A stretch of 64,000 nt of DNA from Bugula neritina. Lineage: Eukaryota; Animalia; Bryozoa. The notes below the pieces were generated by a model. The model worked only from the letters and a program-made list of their open reading frames with translations. It was not told the origin of the DNA and made no database searches. Positions within the stretch are counted from its first letter, which is position 1, and the number at the start of each line of letters is the position of its first letter. The DNA lies in contig OZ037769.1 in the NCBI GenBank assembly GCA_964035545.1, positions 14,414,633 to 14,478,632 of the forward strand, written 5' to 3'. The position numbers and the translations under genes are program-made. This document shows positions 9,901 through 20,000 of this stretch, piece by piece.

Positions 9901-12900
9901 TCTAAGTCAAACTGAGTTCTTACTACGGTATTTCACTAACCTATCTCCAGCTCGATTGACTCAGTGAGTCAGAGCTGAGCGATGCAATCTAGTTTCGTAT
10001 TAAGATATAGTTAACTCACCCCACGATCTGTTGTCGTAAGACATACTGAATATGTGAAATGGTTTGAACTACTGCTTAGAAACACGTCTACTCTTGACTG
10101 CATCAGCGTATGAAAAGATCGAGCAACGTGGTTGGGGTGCGTGATTAAGACTTTGTGCACCCGGCGGATGAATTTTGTTTCTATTTCCGCCGATACAAAA
10201 GTTGATATTTCCGTGGTGTTGACAACTCCCACATTTGCTCGATTCTTTTCTCGTACGGTTTTCCCCTAGACTTTCATGTGTGCCGCTTTTAACGCAGTCA
10301 CATACGAAGTCTTTCAAGTATGCGGGGGGTTGCCTCGTACGCTGTCCCCTTTCTAGGGGGGGTGACACGCTTGCCGGTTCGTTAGTAGGGGCCTCTAATG
10401 GCGTCTCTACTTCACCGTCAGCAGTCACCTCTTCTTGTTCTCCGGATGGAGCCCCTCCCTCCGTGGGGGTTTGCACTTCCGGAACCGGCTCGGTTTCTGG
10501 AAGTGATGGAATCAGACTTGGCGGTGGCGGACACGCTTCTGTTAGTAGAAGCTGCCGCTCCTCTCTCACCAAGTTTTCCTCCCGCGGTATGACCACTTCG
10601 TATTCAGGTCCATGCCGCCGTCGCCCGCGCGTTGTTGTCTGCCTTCTGGGCTCTAACAACGGGGGGGCTTCTCCCACTTCGCCGGGGCTAGCCCAATACG
10701 GTTTCAAGCGAGACTCATTCTGGATAGATACCTGTCCTGAGCGCTCGATCTTGTACGTATGATTGGGCATAGCCTCGACGACCACGTAGGGGCCTACGAA
10801 CTTAGGCTTCAGCTTATCAGCCTGTCCGCGGCGCCTACGGTAATTGACCATCCACACCTTATCTCCTCTTTGATAGAGGGGTGGTTCATCGGAATCTTCG
10901 TGCCGCACCTTCCACTGCTGTTGACGCAGGATCTCGTGTGCGGCCTTCATCCGTTCCACTAGTTCACTGGCATACTCGTGGACTGAGTTATCCTGCTCTG
11001 GAACGTGATAGGTGAGATGGTCAGGGACACGAGTCTCTCTCCCGAGCATCAAGAGGTTTGGGGTCTCACCAGTACTGGTGTGTGGGGTGCTACGGTATGC
11101 ACGCATGACTTGCGGCAACACCGTATCCCATTCCTCTTGACCTCGTCCAAGGAGGAGACTCCGGAGCGCATCACCTAGCATCCGGTTGTTGCGCTCCACC
11201 ACCCCGTTACCTTGAGGGTGGTAGGGGGTGGTCCTGCTCTGATTTACTCCCCAGAGGTGGCAAAGGTCGCTCATCAGTTGAGACTGAAATTGAGCGCCTT
11301 GATCAGAGTGTATCTGTTCGGGAAGCCCAAAATAACAGAATACATGTTGGTCTAGTGCCCTGGCCACTGTTGGGGCTGATGCATCTGGGATAGCCAGAGC
11401 ATCCGCCCACCTAGTAAAGTGGTCGGTTAGTACTAGGATCCAATTATTGCCTCTGGGGGTCAGGGGCATGGGTCCGACCAGGTCTACAGCGACTACTTGC
11501 CAGGGCCTGCCAGCATATAGCCTCCGCCGTCCTGCTTCACCAGGGGGGCGGCTATGCTTACTGGCCTGGCAGATCTCACACTGTTTGACTCTGAGCCGGA
11601 CGTCACGCTCCATCTGCGGCCAATACCACCGGAGCCGTAATTTGGACATCACTCGCTTGACCCCTGCGTGGGCCTGCTTGTGAGTATCCCAAATCAACTC
11701 ACGGCGGATGGCTGTGGGGCAGACTACCCTCTTCCTTTCCGGGTGTCTGCCGCTGGCAGCTAGAGAGATGGTTAGCAACCCATCCTGCCCGATCCGCAGC
11801 GAGTCCCAACGCTGACAGTATAGCCGGAACTCGGCGCATCCCTGTCGTAGGCGTTCCTCGCTGGGTCGTCGCCCTTCCCGTTTGGCCCGGTATATGTCTG
11901 CCACGACTCCAGGCAGCTCTTCTTGGAGCTTCTTCAGCTCTCGAACATTACCGGCCAGTACAGGGTTGGCGCGGAGGTTTTGTACATCCTCCGGGGACTC
12001 ATCAACTCTTTGCCTGAGTTGACCTTGATCCCAGTCAAACGGTGCTCCGTGATGAGCCAGCGTCTCCAACTCGCATCGCGGGAGACCTCCATCCCTCCTC
12101 TCGATGTTGAGACACTGTTTGCAACCTCCGTCAGGTCGGCGACTCAACCCATCTGCATTGCTGTGTCTCTTGCCCGGTCGATGTTCGATCCGGTATGAGA
12201 ATTCAGCTAGGATTTCGAGCCACCGGGCGACCTGACTAGAGGGCTCTGCTCTCCTGCACAACCAGATCAGCGAGGCATGATCCGTACGTAGCCGGAACTT
12301 CCTGCCATATAGGTATGGTCTGAAGTGCTTCACTGACTTGATTACTGCCAGCAGCTCCTTGCGGGTAGTGCAGTAATTTCGTTCAGCGGGAGGGAGAGAC
12401 TTGCTGTAGTAGGCTACTACTACTTCTCGGCCTTCCTGCACTTGTGACAGCACAGCGCCAACATTCTGGTCACTGGCGTCCGTGTCTAGGATGTACTCCA
12501 GAGTGGGGTCTGGGTAGGCCAAGATGGGCGCCGTTAGGAGGCAGCCCTTGAGGCGGTCGAACGCTTCTTGTTCGACTGGAGTCCAATGCCACGTCACTCC
12601 CTTTGCGGTAAGCCGGTTTAACGGCTGGGCTATGCCCGCAAAGTCTGGTATGTATTGCCTGTAATACCCTACCAGCCCCAAGAAAGCCCGGAGTCCGGTC
12701 AAGTCTTGAGGGGTGACCCAGTCTTCTACTGCCCGTACCTTTTCGGGATCCGTTGCCACGCCGTTTCGACCGACAACGTGCCCCAGGTACTTGACCTCCG
12801 GCTGCAACAGAGCGCACTTGGAAGGTTTGAGCTTAAGACCGGCACCTCGGAGTCTCTCGAAAACCTCCTGCAGACGACTGACATGTGTCTCGAAGTCTGG

Positions 12901-15900
12901 AGAGATTATGATGACATCATCGAGGTAGACCAGCAGTGTCTTCCAATGGAGTCCGCTAAGGACTTGTTCCATCAGCCTCTGGAAGGTGGCTGGGGCGGAG
13001 GTTAACCCGAAGGGCAGCACCTTCCACTTCCACAAACCGTCCCGTGTGATAAACGCCGCTTTCTCTTGGGCGTCGGGACTCAGAGGAACCTGCCAATAGC
13101 CGCTTAGCAAGTCTAACGTACTGAAGTACTTGCTGCCGGCTAGGGCGTCCAATGACTCGTCAATACGAGGTAGAGGGTAGGCGTCCTGTATGGTTACGCT
13201 ATTGAGTTTGCGGTAGTCCACACAGAACCGCCAACTGCCGTCTTTCTTCCGGACCAGTACGACTGGCGAGCTCCACGCACTATGGGCGGGCTCTATCAGT
13301 CCCCGGTCCAGAAGATCCCGTACTTGTCGGCTAACCTCCTTCTCTTTCTCCGGCCCCAGCCTGCGTGTGGGCTGCCGGACAGGGACTGTCCCTGCAGTCA
13401 GCGGTATTTCGTGTCTGACAATTCCAGTCAGTCCCACGTCATGCTCTCCGCTGCTGAACACATCACCGTAGTCGCGTAGTAACTTGGCCATAGCTTGGCG
13501 CTCTCTGTTACTCGCGCAGCCGCCACTGGCTGTTTCGTATAACTCCCGGAGATGTGTTGGGACTGCCCCTCGTCCCTGAATAGGGTGTCGAGGGAGTGCC
13601 TCTGTCGCATCACCCAGCGACGGGCCTACGTCTCCCTCCTGAACGGAGTGAAAACGGCCCAGCATCGACCCAGCCGGGAGCTTGATAGGCTCGGTGAAGG
13701 GGTTGACGCACTGCACTAAGATCTCCCCTTGCTCAGTCAGCTGATTCAGACTGCTGGCAAGTTGGATCTTTTCGTGCGCGCCTTCAACCACCCCGAGTCC
13801 AGAGATCCGGCTACTATTCACCCTGCAGTGAATGGTAGCCCGGGAGCGGCCTGGTATGGTACGGTTGCGTACCACTTGCACACCTCCCACTAACGGGCAG
13901 CCGAACTTGTCGACGCAGGCGAGTTCCCGCCCGGACATCATCATTGCAGATCTGCTAAAATCTATGTGACATCCGTGCCGTTTAAGGAACGGCATCCCGA
14001 GGATAGCATCCTCCTTGAGCTGACTGACGATGAACGTCTCTTGGATCGTTTGATCGCGGACTCGTCCCGTCAGCTCAATTATACCATAGAAGGGAAGGCA
14101 CGACCCGTCAGCTAGGGTGCCGTATTCCCCTTCGTATGCTTCCATCTCGCCCCTGACCCTAGCACTGAGGGTGTCGAAGAGTTGGCGGCTTAAGAGGTTT
14201 GTGGTACAGCCCGAATCAATGAGAAAAGTAACAGCTTTGCCTTCCAGTTTACCGGGCAAGAAATAGCTGTTCCCATGGGGCTGCACCTGAACTCTCCCTT
14301 CAGGCCTTACTCTCGCAGGGAGTACCTCCCTCGCTTTGGGTCGCGAAGGAGGTCTCTTGGGGCGGTGATAGGTAGGCCTCGGGGGTGCCGAGGCTAGATT
14401 CTCAGCTACCTTTGTGTGCTCCCATCCAGATTCTTGGACTTGTAGCCCTGTGAATCTGTTGTGAAGGGGCATAGAAAAGGCAGCCGCGGGGCGAAGCCCC
14501 TTGCTGGTCCGTCGTGGCTGTTGCCACTGTTGGTTGCCAGTACGCGGTACCCGTCTGGGTGACCTGCGTTTCTTCTTCCCTAGAGATTTCGTCGGCCCGC
14601 GGAAGGTGGGAACATCTGCGGGCCGCGGTAGTTTAACCCCTGATTTAGGAAGGGACAATATCGGCGGAAATGTCCTTGATTTCCGCACTCCCAGCAAAAA
14701 CTGACTGTTTCTCCCTGTGGCGGCGCCGATGGCCGCATGGGCTCAGGGGCGGTACTCACTGGGTTTTGTGGTGTCAGTGTTGCTATCAGCTTGGCTAGCA
14801 TGTTCGTCAGTTGAGTGACTTTTGATGCCGTCGCCAACTGGGACACGGCAGCCGCGGCGGGGGTTTCCTCCCCTTGTCCCGCGGCCGTGTCTGCGCGGTC
14901 TATCTCCACTTGGCGGGAGCTTCCGCGACTTTTATGCATTTGGTTAGCTAGGAGGTAAGCTTCCCCCTCAGTCAGAGCATCTTCAACGGTGGTGACTCCC
15001 CTAGCTAGAAACTGGTGGTGGAGACCCAGATCGTCGACAGATGCTATGAAAGCGTCGAGGGTGTACCTCTCGCGGTTGACTGGGGGCAAGTCGCTGTACG
15101 CGATCTGTGCCAGCTTCATGACCGCGGCGGCATGCTCCCGCAGCGGGGTGCGGGGATCACGCCGCAACCTCTGCAATCGGGCCCTGGCATCTGTAGCAGA
15201 GAGGCCAAAGCGGGCCCGCAGAGAAGCAAAGATATTATCAATGTCTACGCCCAGCCCATAGGGCTTGGCTTTGTCCATCAATGCCATTCTAAGCTTCAAC
15301 AGGGCCACCCTAGGGGGCCACTGAGCGACGTCCATTACGTCGCTAAACTCTTGGATAAATTGTTCCACCTCCTCTTCACCCGTGAAGGTGGGCGCCTTTA
15401 ACCTGTAGCGGTCTTCAGCTAGTTCTCGCGGAACCCTTCGCTCTTCTACTACATGGTTAACAGGCATTGTCTCTACAGCATTGTCTCTACGCTCACCTTC
15501 GATTGCCGGTGGTTGAGTTCCAGCATTTTCAGTCTCCATCTTGGATGCACAATCCCACCGCTGCCACCACTGTTATAATTTTCAGATTTAGGGTTGATGT
15601 GCTATCCAGAGAGTCTATTTATCTAGTATAGAACTGCACCAGGCTAAGTCGATAGAACGAGTATATTTTATACACAACTATACATTATAAAAACACGATA
15701 CATTATTTCTAACAAGTTACACATCTAATCTATTTCACACTCTAGCTTCGACTGAGCTAGCAGCGGGAAACTACAATTGCTGCTAACTATCAACTACGCT
15801 AATTGGCTATCCATTGTTCCGGGTCAATTACGCGACCCTACCTGTTGTGCTGCTGGTAGTTCCACGAACCACCACAATATACACTTTCTTGAAATTAAAC

Positions 15901-18757
15901 AATAAAAATATCAATTCATCAAAGTCAAACGGAACTAAATACTAATATCATGGAACTAGTAAACCACAGACCTGGTGATTGTGTTTATGTCTGGCCTCAA
16001 TCTGAAGTCTATGTCTATTCAGATCAGACAACTTCACTCCAACATCCTGTTCAGTGAGTCTCTCCAACTCTAATTTAGTATTTCTTCTCAATTCTATCAA
16101 CTCTTCTTCCAACTTCTTATACTTCTGTTGAATACTCTCAATCTATAAATAGACTCTACTAGTTTAATTATATCTTGACTTACAAACTAGTGACTACAGT
16201 GATATTCAACTAACATATAACAGTACAGAGTATATAATATGACCTGTTCATCACGTGTTCTGTGGAGTGTCTCTATCATATCTCTAGTCTCACTATCATA
16301 ATCACACAATACTCCAGTCATGTGTTTCAGTAGATCTGAGAGTTTATCTTCTCTGTCCAATATTTTTGATCTCATCTCATCCACCTCTTTAGAGAGTTCA
16401 GTTACCAACTCTTTCAGTGACATCAGTTTATGAGATGAACCTAAAATAGCAAATAGACACCGATGTTCATTTTTTAAGCAAATACATACCATCTGTACAA
16501 TTCTCTATAGAATACATACCATCTGGACAATTCTCTATAGAATACATACTATCTGTACAATTCTCTATAGAACACATACTACCTGTACAATTCTCTATAG
16601 AATACATACTATCTGTACAATTCTCTATAGAATACATACCATCTGGACAATTCTCTATAGAATACATACTATCTGTACAATTCTCTATAGAACACATACT
16701 ACCTGTACAATTCTCTATAGAATACATACTATCTGTACAATTCTCTATAGAATACATACCACCTGTACAATTCCCTATAGAATACATACCATCTGTACAA
16801 TTCTCTATAGAATACATACTATCTGTACAATTCTCTATAGAATACATACTATCTGGACAATTCTCTATAGAATACATACCATCTGGACAATTCTCTATAG
16901 AATACATACTATCTGTACAATTCTCTATAGAATACATACCATCTGGACAATTCTCTATAGAATACATACCATCTGTACAATTCTCTATAGAACACATACT
17001 ATCTGTACAATTCTCTATAGAATACATACTATCTGGACAATTCTCTATAGAATACATACTATCTGTACAATTCTCTATAGAACACATACTATCTGTACAA
17101 TTCTCTATAGAATACATACCATCTGTACAATTCTCTATAGAATACATACCATCTGTACAATTCTCTATAGAACACATACTACCTGTACAATTCTCTATAG
17201 AATACATACCATCTGTATAATTCTCTATAGAATACATACTATCTGTACAATTCTCTATAGAACACATACTACCTGTACAATTCTCTATAGAATACATACT
17301 ATCTGTACAATTCTCTATAGAATACATACTATCTGTACAATTCTCTATAGAATACATACCATCTGGACAATTCTCTATAGAATCCATACTATCTGTACAA
17401 TTCTCTATAGAATACATACTATCTGGACAATTCTCTATAGAATACATACCATCTGGACAATTCTCTATAGAATACATACTACCTGTACAATTCTCTATAG
17501 AACACATACTATCTCGACAATTCTCTATAGAATCCATACTATCTGTACAATTCTCTATAGAATACATACTATCTGTACAATTCTCTATAGAACACATACT
17601 ATCTGTACAATTCTCTATAGAATACATACTATCTGTACAATTCTCTATAGAATACATACTATCTGTACAATTCTCTATAGAATACATACTATCTGTACAA
17701 TTCTCTATAGAATACATACTATCTGTACAATTCTCTATAGAATACATACTATCTGTACAATTCTCTATAGAACACATACTATCTGTACAATTCTCTATAA
17801 AATACATACTATCTGTACAATTCTCTATAGAACACATACTATCTGGACAATTCTCTATAGAATACATACTATCTGTACAATTCTCTATAGAACACATACT
17901 ATCTCGACAATTCTCTATAGAATACATACTATCTGTACAATTCTCTATAGAATACATACCATCTGTACAATTATCCAGGACACTAAGACACTCCACACAG
18001 CCACAAGTTAAACACTTCCTACATCCAAGACTGTATAGTAATTCCGTGTGTTTAGTGCATAGCCTGGGTGCTAGTTTCATAGCCTGCGTTTTGTAGTCAG
18101 TCATGGTGATCATAGGGTGGGCTTCATGCACATCATCATGTGACTGTGTATAATACAGAATTCATACAGTACAGTATAGTACAACCATGATTTCTATTAT
18201 TATATCATATATTGAAAATATTACATTAATCATATTATTATTGAATTGTTTAAAATACTATATATCTGAAATGCCTTAATGTATAACTCACCTCTCTGTG
18301 TTTAGCACAGAGTTTAGTAGAACAGGTTTTACAGTAAATAACAGCTGGCTGATTATTCACTCCTTTCCTGGTACAACTATCACAGTATAGAGATGGACCC
18401 TCTCTGGTGTTGGAGGTAGGAAGAGAGTGAATGTCAACATCAAATACTTCCCTATACAATACAGTAAAGTAGTTACTAACTAATCACAGCATACAATAAA
18501 TCTCGCTCAGTAGAGAATATAACACACAATATAGTAGAACCCACAATGATTAGTAAACAGAACTCAAACTGAGAATATCTCAAAGGAAGGTGATACCTGC
18601 AGAAGGGACATCTCACTATCTTATTGACCTCAAAGTTCCCCAGCAGACATCTTAAGCAGTGTACATGAGAACAAGGTAGAGATCTGGAATCTTCTAAATC
18701 CTCTAGTCTGGTTACACAGAATCCACATTCTACCTGCTCAACTGTAGCTTCAGCCAT
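6981..18757 (-). CDS. TRIM (RBCC) E3 ubiquitin ligase-like protein with C-terminal NHL-like beta-propeller
   Basis: Phase-consistent exons: 18757-18597 (RING CGFC..CSHVHCLRC..CPFC), 18451-18292 (B-box 1), 18143-17960 (B-box 2), 16440-16244 and 16142-15972 (coiled coil), 8365-8257, 7965-7246 (propeller blades such as VVIPDRQNKRLTVY and VVVSDYQTSKVFKV), 7114-6981 (stop TGA). Confidence 0.85.
7127..7238. repeat. 21-bp intronic minisatellite (~5 copies)
   Basis: Unit aatatagattagtaagtatat fills most of the last TRIM intron. Confidence 0.8.
8376..8681 (-). repeat. 3' LTR of Gypsy copy 1
   Basis: Direct repeat of 15571-15876; preceded on the minus strand by purine-rich GGTGGGGGCGG (PPT-like, 8682-8692). 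Confidence 0.95.
8968..9755 (-). CDS. Gypsy ORF3 main exon: C2H2 zinc finger / Arg-Ser-Pro-rich / coiled-coil protein (not env)
   Basis: CQICGEDCASHRSLKLHVNAH, then CPC..H..C, KRRTRSPSPPLRRRRTPSP and heptad-like LATVEERLLRLQEEF..; intact in both copies; preceded by TACTAAC...TTTTTCAG acceptor. Confidence 0.8.
10020..10044 (-). CDS. Candidate ATG-bearing first coding exon of ORF3 (MSYDNRSW)
   Basis: ATG TCT TAC GAC AAC AGA TCG TGG G|GTGAGT, phase 1, joins in frame to 9755; identical in copy 2 (58288-58264). Confidence 0.55.
10069..14637 (-). CDS. pol: Gypsy pol polyprotein (PR-RT-RNaseH-INT), -1 frame relative to gag
   Basis: FLIDSG protease, YLDD RT, DTDASD RNase H, HKQAH..CEIC zinc-binding plus DDE integrase core, GPY module; uninterrupted ORF. 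Confidence 0.97.
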   Translation of the reverse strand, partial: VKLPRPADVPTFRGPTKSLGKKKRRSPRRVPRTGNQQWQQPRRTSKGLRPAAAFSMPLHNRFTGLQVQESGWEHTKVAENLASAPPRPTYHRPKRPPSRPKAREVLPARVRPEGRVQVQPHGNSYFLPGKLEGKAVTFLIDSGCTTNLLSRQLFDTLSARVRGEMEAYEGEYGTLADGSCLPFYGIIELTGRVRDQTIQETFIVSQLKEDAILGMPFLKRHGCHIDFSRSAMMMSGRELACVDKFGCPLVGGVQVVRNRTIPGRSRATIHCRVNSSRISGLGVVEGAHEKIQLASSLNQLTEQGEILVQCVNPFTEPIKLPAGSMLGRFHSVQEGDVGPSLGDATEALPRHPIQGRGAVPTHLRELYETASGGCASNRERQAMAKLLRDYGDVFSSGEHDVGLTGIVRHEIPLTAGTVPVRQPTRRLGPEKEKEVSRQVRDLLDRGLIEPAHSAWSSPVVLVRKKDGSWRFCVDYRKLNSVTIQDAYPLPRIDESLDALAGSKYFSTLDLLSGYWQVPLSPDAQEKAAFITRDGLWKWKVLPFGLTSAPATFQRLMEQVLSGLHWKTLLVYLDDVIIISPDFETHVSRLQEVFERLRGAGLKLKPSKCALLQPEVKYLGHVVGRNGVATDPEKVRAVEDWVTPQDLTGLRAFLGLVGYYRQYIPDFAGIAQPLNRLTAKGVTWHWTPVEQEAFDRLKGCLLTAPILAYPDPTLEYILDTDASDQNVGAVLSQVQEGREVVVAYYSKSLPPAERNYCTTRKELLAVIKSVKHFRPYLYGRKFRLRTDHASLIWLCRRAEPSSQVARWLEILAEFSYRIEHRPGKRHSNADGLSRRPDGGCKQCLNIERRDGGLPRCELETLAHHGAPFDWDQGQLRQRVDESPEDVQNLRANPVLAGNVRELKKLQEELPGVVADIYRAKREGRRPSEERLRQGCAEFRLYCQRWDSLRIGQDGLLTISLAASGRHPERKRVVCPTAIRRELIWDTHKQAHAGVKRVMSKLRLRWYWPQMERDVRLRVKQCEICQASKHSRPPGEAGRRRLYAGRPWQVVAVDLVGPMPLTPRGNNWILVLTDHFTRWADALAIPDASAPTVARALDQHVFCYFGLPEQIHSDQGAQFQSQLMSDLCHLWGVNQSRTTPYHPQGNGVVERNNRMLGDALRSLLLGRGQEEWDTVLPQVMRAYRSTPHTSTGETPNLLMLGRETRVPDHLTYHVPEQDNSVHEYASELVERMKAAHEILRQQQWKVRHEDSDEPPLYQRGDKVWMVNYRRRRGQADKLKPKFVGPYVVVEAMPNHTYKIERSGQVSIQNESRLKPYWASPGEVGEAPPLLEPRRQTTTRGRRRHGPEYEVVIPREENLVREERQLLLTEACPPPPSLIPSLPETEPVPEVQTPTEGGAPSGEQEEVTADGEVETPLEAPTNEPASVSPPLERGQRTRQPPAYLKDFVCDCVKSGTHESLGENRTRKESSKCGSCQHHGNINFCIGGNRNKIHPPGAQSLNHAPQPRCSIFSYADAVKSRRVSKQ
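14576..14637 (-). promoter_or_regulatory. Putative -1 ribosomal frameshift signal
   Basis: G_UUA_AAC in gag frame (14637-14631), 5-nt spacer, 8-bp stem CGGCCCGC/GCGGGCCG, loop UUCCC complementary to downstream GGGAA. Confidence 0.7.
14580..15539 (-). CDS. gag: Gypsy gag with CCHC zinc knuckle
   Basis: 319-aa ORF, APTFTG...VEQFI capsid-like start, CWECGNQGHFRRYC knuckle. Confidence 0.93.
   Translation of the reverse strand: METENAGTQPPAIEGERRDNAVETMPVNHVVEERRVPRELAEDRYRLKAPTFTGEEEVEQFIQEFSDVMDVAQWPPRVALLKLRMALMDKAKPYGLGVDIDNIFASLRARFGLSATDARARLQRLRRDPRTPLREHAAAVMKLAQIAYSDLPPVNRERYTLDAFIASVDDLGLHHQFLARGVTTVEDALTEGEAYLLANQMHKSRGSSRQVEIDRADTAAGQGEETPAAAAVSQLATASKVTQLTNMLAKLIATLTPQNPVSTAPEPMRPSAPPQGETVSFCWECGNQGHFRRYCPFLNQGLNYRGPQMFPPSAGRRNL
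15551..15569 (-). promoter_or_regulatory. Primer binding site complementary to tRNA-Leu
   Basis: Plus strand aatcccaccgctgccacca matches the 3' end plus CCA of eukaryotic tRNA-Leu (AAG type); 1 nt from the 5' LTR. Confidence 0.85.
15571..15876 (-). repeat. 5' LTR of Gypsy copy 1
   Basis: Direct repeat of 8376-8681. Confidence 0.95.
16481..17972 (-). repeat. 30-bp minisatellite, ~50 copies, derived from a TRIM exon/donor junction
   Basis: Minus-strand unit AATTGTACAGAT(G/A)GTATGTATTCTATAGAG; the first unit overlaps the end of the B-box 2 exon. Confidence 0.97.
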
Positions 18758-18840
18758 TGGAAGACACTGAAAACGCAAGCATTGAATACTGAGACTCACT
18801 AGACTAGTGTTAACTAGTTATAAAGGTTTCTACACAGATT

Positions 18841-18891
18841 ACTCACATCTGCATTCTCTGTTGCTATGTTAACATTGCCTCAACTTATATA
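18841..18891 (-). promoter_or_regulatory. Candidate TATA box and short 5' UTR exon of the TRIM gene
   Basis: TATATAAG (18891-18884) about 40 nt upstream of a GAT|GTGAGT donor (18846); acceptor ttttcag at 18767 just before the ATG. Confidence 0.45.
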
Positions 18892-19186
18892 GTGTATAGA
18901 ATAATAACATACAATATAATCGTAATATATTATGCAATAGATTGGGACATTTTTTAGACGGAAAACACTACAAAGGTTTGGTAAATTGTAGTTTCTAAGC
19001 AAAATATTTCATTTTAGTTTTATGTAGTTCATTATTAGCTACAAAGCTTACGCTTGTCATAAAATTTCAACCCACAATTATTTATTATTAATACTATCGT
19101 GACAATAAAGTGAAAAAAATGATGACATTTTTTTCAAATTCAAACAAACTGAAACAGCACACATTTGATTATCTCAAGTTGATTTA

Positions 19187-20000
19187 ATGCTGAATTCCAC
19201 GCACACTGTACCCCAAGAATCGGTCATTGGCCCCAAACTCTTTTTATTGTATATTAACGACCTGCCTGATTGCCTCTCCTGTAATGTTAGTTTATTTGCA
19301 GATGATACCATCATTTTTACATCAGTAAATCACTCAAGTGACTCTGAAAGTTTTCAAAAGGACATAAACAACATATATGAATGGTCTATAAAATGGGGCA
19401 TGAGTTTCAATATTAAAAAGACCCAACTAATGATCTTCTCTAAAAGACCAAATTTCAATGGTACCTACACTCTAGCAGGAGAAAAAGTTAGTGAGGTTGA
19501 AGAGGCCAAATATCTAGGCGTCATTATACAAAATAATCTAATGTTTGACAAACATATAGAGCAAAAAGTTAAAAAGGCCTCTCAGATCCTGGGGTTGATA
19601 AGGCGAACACTATCAAACTCGCCGCGTAAAACAAAATTACTCGCTTTTACTTCTCTATGCCGCCCCATACTTGAGTATGGATGCCAGGTATTTGACCCTT
19701 ACACAAAAACTTATCAATAAAATCGAGGGAGTTCAAAATCTGGCTATCCGATTTATAGGAAACTTAAAAGGCCGTACTGACAGTGTGTCAGAGGCCCGAG
19801 AAAAATTAGGCCTCAGCACTCTGGAAGTTCGTCGTAGGGAGTTGAGAGTGAAGCTCTACAAAAAAAATGGTTGGTAGCCCGACAGAGATTTTCACTAAAT
19901 TCTTGGAAGAGAACACCAATCCTGTAAATACTAATGTAACCACGCGTTTTCAGTCACAGGGATTGGTAACGTCACGCTCTTCAAATCCTGGCCCATTTTA
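19187..20000 (+). mobile_element. 5'-truncated non-LTR retrotransposon (CR1/L2-like RT C-terminal half), frameshifted
   Basis: VPQESVIGPKLFLLYINDLP, LFADD, KYLGV, RPILEYG; frameshift near 19710 continues into KIEGVQNLAIRFI..LEVRR. Confidence 0.85.

Larger units (their letters stand above)
8376..15876 (-). mobile_element. Full-length Gypsy/Ty3 LTR retrotransposon, copy 1 (intact, recent)
   Basis: 306-bp LTRs at 8376-8681 and 15571-15876 (TG..CA; one mismatch seen); 4-bp TSD ATAT (8372-8375 / 15877-15880); PBS, PPT, gag, PR-RT-RH-INT pol and an extra ORF3. Confidence 0.97.

Noticed and set aside
8996-15401. Plus-strand ORFs antisense to gag/pol/ORF3 (and equivalents at 57239-63652)
   Set aside because: Expected shadows of GC-rich coding sequence; no motifs, and lengths differ between copies (143 vs 93 aa).
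16467-18131. 554-aa ORF as a standalone repeat protein, or the array as a CRISPR
   Set aside because: It is the TRIM B-box 2 exon reading into a 30-bp tandem repeat; there are no unique spacers or cas genes and the context is eukaryotic.
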